Source: Myxococcota bacterium
Lineage (GTDB): Bacteria > Myxococcota_A > UBA9042
DNA length: 64,000 nt
Direction: 5' to 3'
Assembly (NCBI GenBank): GCA_049317445.1
Contig: JBMOIG010000002.1
Coordinates: forward strand, 2,635 to 66,634
A model generated the notes under the pieces. It had not been told where the DNA came from and searched no databases. It saw only the letters and a list, made by a program, of their open reading frames with translations. A program made the position numbers and the translations under genes. Shown here one piece after another: positions 59,585-64,000 of the stretch. The first letter of the stretch is position 1, and each line of letters begins with the position of its first letter.

Positions 59585-61471
59585 CTAGGGCGCTGCGGTG
59601 TCAAACGCGATGGCGTCGTCGACAAGAGGCTCGGCACGATGGCCGCGGTGGCGGGCCACCTGCAGAGAGCGCAACCGCTCGCGCAGCGGCGTCAGCAGGT
59701 ACGGCCGCCCGGACGGCTCTTCGACCAGCGCAGCGGCGTCGAACCCCAGATCCAGCTCGTCCAGCGTCGCCTCGACCTCAACGGCCACATCGGCGCGCGC
59801 AAGTCGGGGCCACGCAGTCGCAAACGTGGTGTGCAACCGATCGGCCAAGGCCGTCGAGTCCACCAGCGCCGTATCGTGCGAGAGCGCCCCCCGCACCGCC
59901 GCCAGCGTCAGACGCCGCACGTCGCGGAAGATGGCCGCCTTCGCCCAGCTGCCTGCTGCGTACCGCGCTGCGGCGACGATGGTCATCACCCCCGATGCCA
60001 ATGCCGCAAGCGCAAGGCCGACCGCCAACGCCCATGACGAGGACGGTGCCGCAAGCCCCATCGCGACAAGGCCGGAGACGACCATCAGGACCGTGCCGCC
60101 GACCAGCCGCTCCGATCCATGCAGGTGCCCTAGCGCAAGTCCGGGCAGCGCCACCGGAACCGCGCCGACCGGTTGCACCGCCCGCAGCGAGGGCACGCAC
60201 TCTGCGGCGGCAGGGCGCGAGGGGTCGGCGCCGTGGACGACCTCGCCCATCAAGGCCTCGGCAGGAAAGAAGAAGTCGATGCTGCCGTCGTCTCTCGTCT
60301 CGATCTCGCCCCCGACCGCTCCCGACAGGCGGGCACCCACCGCAAGCGCTTCGTGTGCGGGCAACCCTTCCTCGATCTGCAGGTCCAGCTGCGCCACCCA
60401 GCCGCCGTGCCGCCGTGCCCGCTCGCGCACGCGCGCAGCCATCCGGCCATCGACAGGTCGACGCGCGGCCACTGCACGGCCGATCGCCCGCGTGAGCGTC
60501 ATGACCAGATCACTCGTCGGAACAAGGCCTTCCAGCGCATCGGGAGCCGGGGCTTCGTGGGCCCAGTCGCCGGGAGACAGCTCCTCCTCGACCCGGTCTC
60601 GCCGCGACACCGCGCGCCACAGCCCCCGACCCCACAGGACCAGACCCGCCAGCGACGACAGCGCCACCGCGATCACGCACGCGACCAGCGCCGCGCCCAA
60701 GCCCTGCTTGACGGCACCGCTGACCAGCTCACCGATGGTGGCAAACACCCCCGTCCTCTCAAGATCTTGCGGGCGATCGTCGTCGTCCTGCGGCCCAAAC
60801 GCATCGCGAAAGCGCGGCCCGCCGATCCAAGGCGCCAGCACGACGCGAAACACCAGACCCAGCAGCAGGTTGAGGCCGAACACGACGGCGACGGCCAAGA
60901 GTCCCGCCAGCGCCATCAGCACCACCGCGATGCCACCGTCGTCACCCGTGAACAACATGCCACCCAGCGTCACTGCGGCCAGCGCACCGGTCACCGCCAG
61001 CGGCCAGGCCGCCCCGACGTTCGCCACAGCCGCCACCGCCATCAGCAGCCAGCGCGCCGGCCCCGACAGCAGACGCGTCCTCGCCAGCCTGCGCACATCC
61101 TCGGGCTGGAAGTCGTGCAGCAGGCGCCCTCGCTCCGTCACCTGCAGACGGCACGGCGCGCGCGACCGCCAACGGGACAGGACTTCGCCCACGACCTCGG
61201 GGTCCTCGCCCAGCGCCGCCGCCAGCGCCTGACCCTCGACGCCCTTCGGTTGGTCCAGCACCCAGCGGAACATCCGCCCCTCGACCCGGCGCACGGCGCG
61301 CTCGAACCGCCGCGTCGGCGTCCCGGCCTTGTCGTCGCGTGCGGGCAGCCCCGGCATCCGGTCCGCCGCGCGCCCCGGACGCACCCCCACCAGCGCCGCC
61401 ACCACCGCGCCGACCGCGTGAGCAACCAGCGGCGACACCGCAAGCACCAGCCAGGGCACCCAGTTGAGCAA
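59585..61471 (-). CDS. Hypothetical polytopic membrane protein
   Basis: 628 aa with multiple hydrophobic helices (LLMAVAAVANVGAAWPLAVTGALAAVTLGGMLF, VVLMALAGLLAVAVVFGLNLLLGLVF, LVACVIAVALSSLAGLVLW) and an acidic loop PQDDDDRPQD. No known motifs. Confidence 0.45.
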   Translation of the reverse strand: MLNWVPWLVLAVSPLVAHAVGAVVAALVGVRPGRAADRMPGLPARDDKAGTPTRRFERAVRRVEGRMFRWVLDQPKGVEGQALAAALGEDPEVVGEVLSRWRSRAPCRLQVTERGRLLHDFQPEDVRRLARTRLLSGPARWLLMAVAAVANVGAAWPLAVTGALAAVTLGGMLFTGDDGGIAVVLMALAGLLAVAVVFGLNLLLGLVFRVVLAPWIGGPRFRDAFGPQDDDDRPQDLERTGVFATIGELVSGAVKQGLGAALVACVIAVALSSLAGLVLWGRGLWRAVSRRDRVEEELSPGDWAHEAPAPDALEGLVPTSDLVMTLTRAIGRAVAARRPVDGRMAARVRERARRHGGWVAQLDLQIEEGLPAHEALAVGARLSGAVGGEIETRDDGSIDFFFPAEALMGEVVHGADPSRPAAAECVPSLRAVQPVGAVPVALPGLALGHLHGSERLVGGTVLMVVSGLVAMGLAAPSSSWALAVGLALAALASGVMTIVAAARYAAGSWAKAAIFRDVRRLTLAAVRGALSHDTALVDSTALADRLHTTFATAWPRLARADVAVEVEATLDELDLGFDAAALVEEPSGRPYLLTPLRERLRSLQVARHRGHRAEPLVDDAIAFDTAAP

Positions 61472-61561
61472 TTCGGGCCTCTCGAACGCCTGCGGTTCAG
61501 GGCGCGCTCGGGTCGACCGACACCTTCACGCCGAGCCCGTCAGTGTCGCGGCTCTGCACCC

Positions 61562-62944
61562 ATGCGGCAAGCACTCTGGCCGACGCTGCCCAACTGCGAC
61601 GCTTTGGTGCACACTTCGCTTCCGTCGGAGGTGCCTTTGTCCGTGACCGCCCGCATCCCGCCTGCTGCCCGCCCGCCGGCCCGACTGGTCCGCGCGATTG
61701 CCCCGTCGTCGTCCGTGGGTGCTCTGGCACTCGCGATCGCGTCCGGCTTGGGATTCGGCGCAGCGCTGGCCGCGACACCTGCCTCGATGCGCCCGGATCT
61801 CGCGCTGAAGTTCTCCGCGCTGGCGGCCTTGCCCATCCCGGTGCTGCTGCTCGATGCCGTCACGACGCCGCGCAACGCCTCGGTGCGACGCTTTTTGGGC
61901 GAGTCGGCGGCAAAGATGGTGCGGCAGGCCTTGGGGTTGGCTGCCCTGCTGGCGGTGCTGGCGCTTGGTGTGCCGGTGGGTATCGCCGCAAGCATCCCGT
62001 GGCACCCCGAAGCCTCGGCGGACCTGTGGCGCTCTACCCTGCTGTCGGCGACCACCGTCGTGCTTGCGGCAGGTCTGGCAGCGGCAAGTCTGCTGGGCGC
62101 CTTGAAATTCGTCGCGCACGGGCAACACCCTGTTTGGACGGCGCTGGGAGGCGGCGGCGCGTTTGGTCCCGCCGAGTCTGCGCCACTGCTCTACGCGCCT
62201 GCGTTTGCGCTGATTGCCGCGCTGGTTCCGGCTGGGCTGCTGGCTGCAGTGTGGGGCGCGCGTGCTGACCTCCTGTCTCTGCAATTGGGTGCCTGGGCGC
62301 TGCCGGTGGCGGTACTGGTCGCCGTGGGCGTCGCAAGGCACCAGTGGCGTGCGGTGGCCCCAGAGGTTCAGGACGCCTTGCTCGCCGTCGAGGCCGCGCA
62401 CGCCACGCCCTTTGCCCAATCCGAGCGAATGCCCGAGGCTCCGGCGTGGGTAACGCCGGGCAACCCCTCGCCAGAGCTGCAGTTTCTCGCACGGCACTCA
62501 TTCCGCACCCACCCCGGCGCCATGCCGACGACCGCGCTGTTGGTCGTTTTGGCCGCGTTGGTCCCTGGCACGTCGATGCCGCCCCTCGCCACCGGACTTC
62601 TGGCGGCCGCCATCCTGCTGCACGCGACCCTGCGCGCCGTCGCCGTGGAGTCGGGCTTGGGACTGCTGACCGCCCAGTGGCTGGGGGCACGCCCGCTGGC
62701 CCTGCGACACGCCACCGTTCGCCTCTCGGCAGGGCTTGCGCTACCCGGTCTCGCGGCTCTCGCGCTAGGGGCCTTGGGGTCCCCGCTTGCGGCAACCCTT
62801 GGGATGATCTTGGGAGCGCTGGGCGGCCTCGGCATCGTCGCTTGGGCAGGCCGCCCGGACCACCCGATTCGCCAGTCGCTGCCCCAACTTGCCCTTGCCG
62901 TCTATGGTGCTGCCCTCGCATGGGCCACGGCACTCGCCGCCTGA
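61562..62944 (+). CDS. Hypothetical polytopic membrane protein, possible permease partner of the downstream ABC ATPase
   Basis: Ala/Leu-rich with at least 8 predicted TM segments. Stop 15 nt before the ATPase ATG (ggagga RBS). Start uncertain (ATG 61562 or GTG 61644). The upstream part of the 60173-62944 ORF is antisense to 59585-61471 and rejected. Confidence 0.4.
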   Translation: MRQALWPTLPNCDALVHTSLPSEVPLSVTARIPPAARPPARLVRAIAPSSSVGALALAIASGLGFGAALAATPASMRPDLALKFSALAALPIPVLLLDAVTTPRNASVRRFLGESAAKMVRQALGLAALLAVLALGVPVGIAASIPWHPEASADLWRSTLLSATTVVLAAGLAAASLLGALKFVAHGQHPVWTALGGGGAFGPAESAPLLYAPAFALIAALVPAGLLAAVWGARADLLSLQLGAWALPVAVLVAVGVARHQWRAVAPEVQDALLAVEAAHATPFAQSERMPEAPAWVTPGNPSPELQFLARHSFRTHPGAMPTTALLVVLAALVPGTSMPPLATGLLAAAILLHATLRAVAVESGLGLLTAQWLGARPLALRHATVRLSAGLALPGLAALALGALGSPLAATLGMILGALGGLGIVAWAGRPDHPIRQSLPQLALAVYGAALAWATALAA

Positions 62945-62958
62945 ACCGGAGGACCGCC

Positions 62959-63726
62959 ATGACGACGCCCCCCTCGCCAACGCCTGCCCCCGGCCTTCGC
63001 GCAACCGGCATCGAAAAGCGCTATGGATCCCAAGAAGTGCTGCGCGGCATCGACCTCGAGCTTAGCCACGGTCAAGTCACCGTGTTGCTCGGCGAAAACG
63101 GCGCGGGCAAGACGACCCTGATGCGGGTGCTGGCGGGCGATCTGCTGGCCGACCGTGCTGCCATCCAGGTGGAAGGGCTGGACCTTCGGACGGAACCGGA
63201 GGCCGCGCGGGCCCGCTTGGTCTACGTGGCCCAGCACCCGCCGCTCGCCCCGCTGCTGACGCTGCGCGAACACGTCGAAGCTCTGGTCGCCTTCCGTCAG
63301 CTGGATCCGGCCGAAGCGAAGGGCGAGCTGACCCGTCTGGCCGTGGCCCTTGGCCTGTCGGCCGCGCTGGACAAGCCGGTGCGGGCGCTGTCGGGCGGCA
63401 TGGCCCACAAGGCCGCGTTGGTGCTCGCCTTCCTCTCCAAGGCGCGGGTCATCCTGCTGGACGAGCCGCACTCAGGTCTGGACGTGCGTTCGGCGATTGC
63501 GCTGCGCAAGTTGATCCTCGCCGCGCGCGATCAGGGTGCCGCCATCTTGCTGGCCAGCCATCTGGCTGAGGCGACGCTGGCGGTGGCCGACCGGGCTTGG
63601 GTCCTGCGTTCCGGACGCATCGGTCTCGACCTGGGACCGCAGGAATTGGCGGCCTTCGGCGGCGACGCGCGCAGGTTCGAGGAAGCCGTGTTGCGGGGGA
63701 TGACGGAGGGGTCGACTGCGGACTGA
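62959..63726 (+). CDS. ABC transporter ATP-binding protein
   Basis: Walker A GENGAGKTTL, signature LSGGMAHKAALV, Walker B ILLDEPHSGLD. ggagga RBS 5 nt upstream of ATG. Confidence 0.8.
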   Translation: MTTPPSPTPAPGLRATGIEKRYGSQEVLRGIDLELSHGQVTVLLGENGAGKTTLMRVLAGDLLADRAAIQVEGLDLRTEPEAARARLVYVAQHPPLAPLLTLREHVEALVAFRQLDPAEAKGELTRLAVALGLSAALDKPVRALSGGMAHKAALVLAFLSKARVILLDEPHSGLDVRSAIALRKLILAARDQGAAILLASHLAEATLAVADRAWVLRSGRIGLDLGPQELAAFGGDARRFEEAVLRGMTEGSTAD

Positions 63727-63765
63727 CGGGGGAGTTGCTGCCCGTACTGCCCGCTGGACCCGAGC

Positions 63766-63800
63766 CCCGCTGCGACCCCAGCCGAAGCCGGGGTCGCAGC
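63766..63800. terminator. Hairpin between convergent genes (candidate bidirectional terminator)
   Basis: Perfect inverted repeat CGCTGCGACCCC-agccgaagcc-GGGGTCGCAGCG between the stops at 63726 (+) and 63814 (-). No strong U-tract. Confidence 0.45.
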
Positions 63801-63813
63801 GCAAGCCCAGTGA

Positions 63814-64000
63814 TTACTTGAGAACGATGCGACCGACGAACGGGCGGGACTGCGTCGTGTTGATCGAGACGACACCGCCGTTGTTGTCCGTGCCCTGTGC
63901 ACCAACCACGTAGAGCGAGCCGGACTGCGGGTCGATCCAGATACGGCCCATCGACGTGAACTCCGTGTTGTTGCCACTGCAGGTCGCAAAGCTGGCGTTC
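63814..64000 (-). CDS. 3' end of an unidentified CDS (C-terminal 61 aa in window)
   Basis: Minus-strand frame ...NASFATCSGNNTEFTSMGRIWIDPQSGSLYVVGAQGTDNNGGVVSINTTQSRPFVGRIVLK* ending at TAA 63814-63816. Open to the window end. Confidence 0.4.
   Translation of the reverse strand, partial: NASFATCSGNNTEFTSMGRIWIDPQSGSLYVVGAQGTDNNGGVVSINTTQSRPFVGRIVLK

Noticed and set aside
60173-61560. 5' two-thirds of the 923-aa plus-strand ORF 60173-62944
   Set aside because: Antisense to the 59585-61471 membrane-protein gene. Only the 3' part (from about 61562) is kept as a separate hydrophobic membrane protein preceding the ABC ATPase.

Overview
This is a high-GC (~68-70%), densely coding chromosomal segment. 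Several markers point to Myxococcota. One large surface protein ends in a MYXO-CTERM-like sorting tail (Cys, Gly-rich stretch, hydrophobic helix, RRR). Two large lipoproteins carry 'Myxococcus cysteine-rich repeat'-type units (C-x-DDxNxCTxDxC, TIGR02232/DUF4215-like). They also carry MopE-like 'CDGxDNDC' motifs. Most of the window is ordinary housekeeping and envelope genes: selB (partial), queA, rsmD, purM, pheS/pheT, glgP, a Cys/Met PLP enzyme, glycosyltransferases, a DevBCA/MacAB-like exporter, a Na+-pumping acyl-CoA decarboxylase operon (mmdADCB-like), a TolC-like protein, MlaC, and a glycine-rich RRM RNA-binding protein. The standout is an ~11 kb minus-strand array (10707-21756) of five co-oriented, tightly spaced genes of two alternating paralogous families. 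Family A is a set of secreted proteins with phage-tail-fibre-like 22-aa repeats, a proprotein-convertase-type P-domain and an unknown C-terminal domain. Family B is a set of ~830-aa Cys-rich lipoproteins. The order is A1-B1-A2-B2-A3, and near-identical ~94-nt intercistronic leaders precede A2 and A3. This looks like a tandemly amplified two-gene cassette of unknown function and is the best candidate for an undescribed system. Many long ORFs in the supplied track are antisense or frame artefacts typical of high-GC DNA and were not called.
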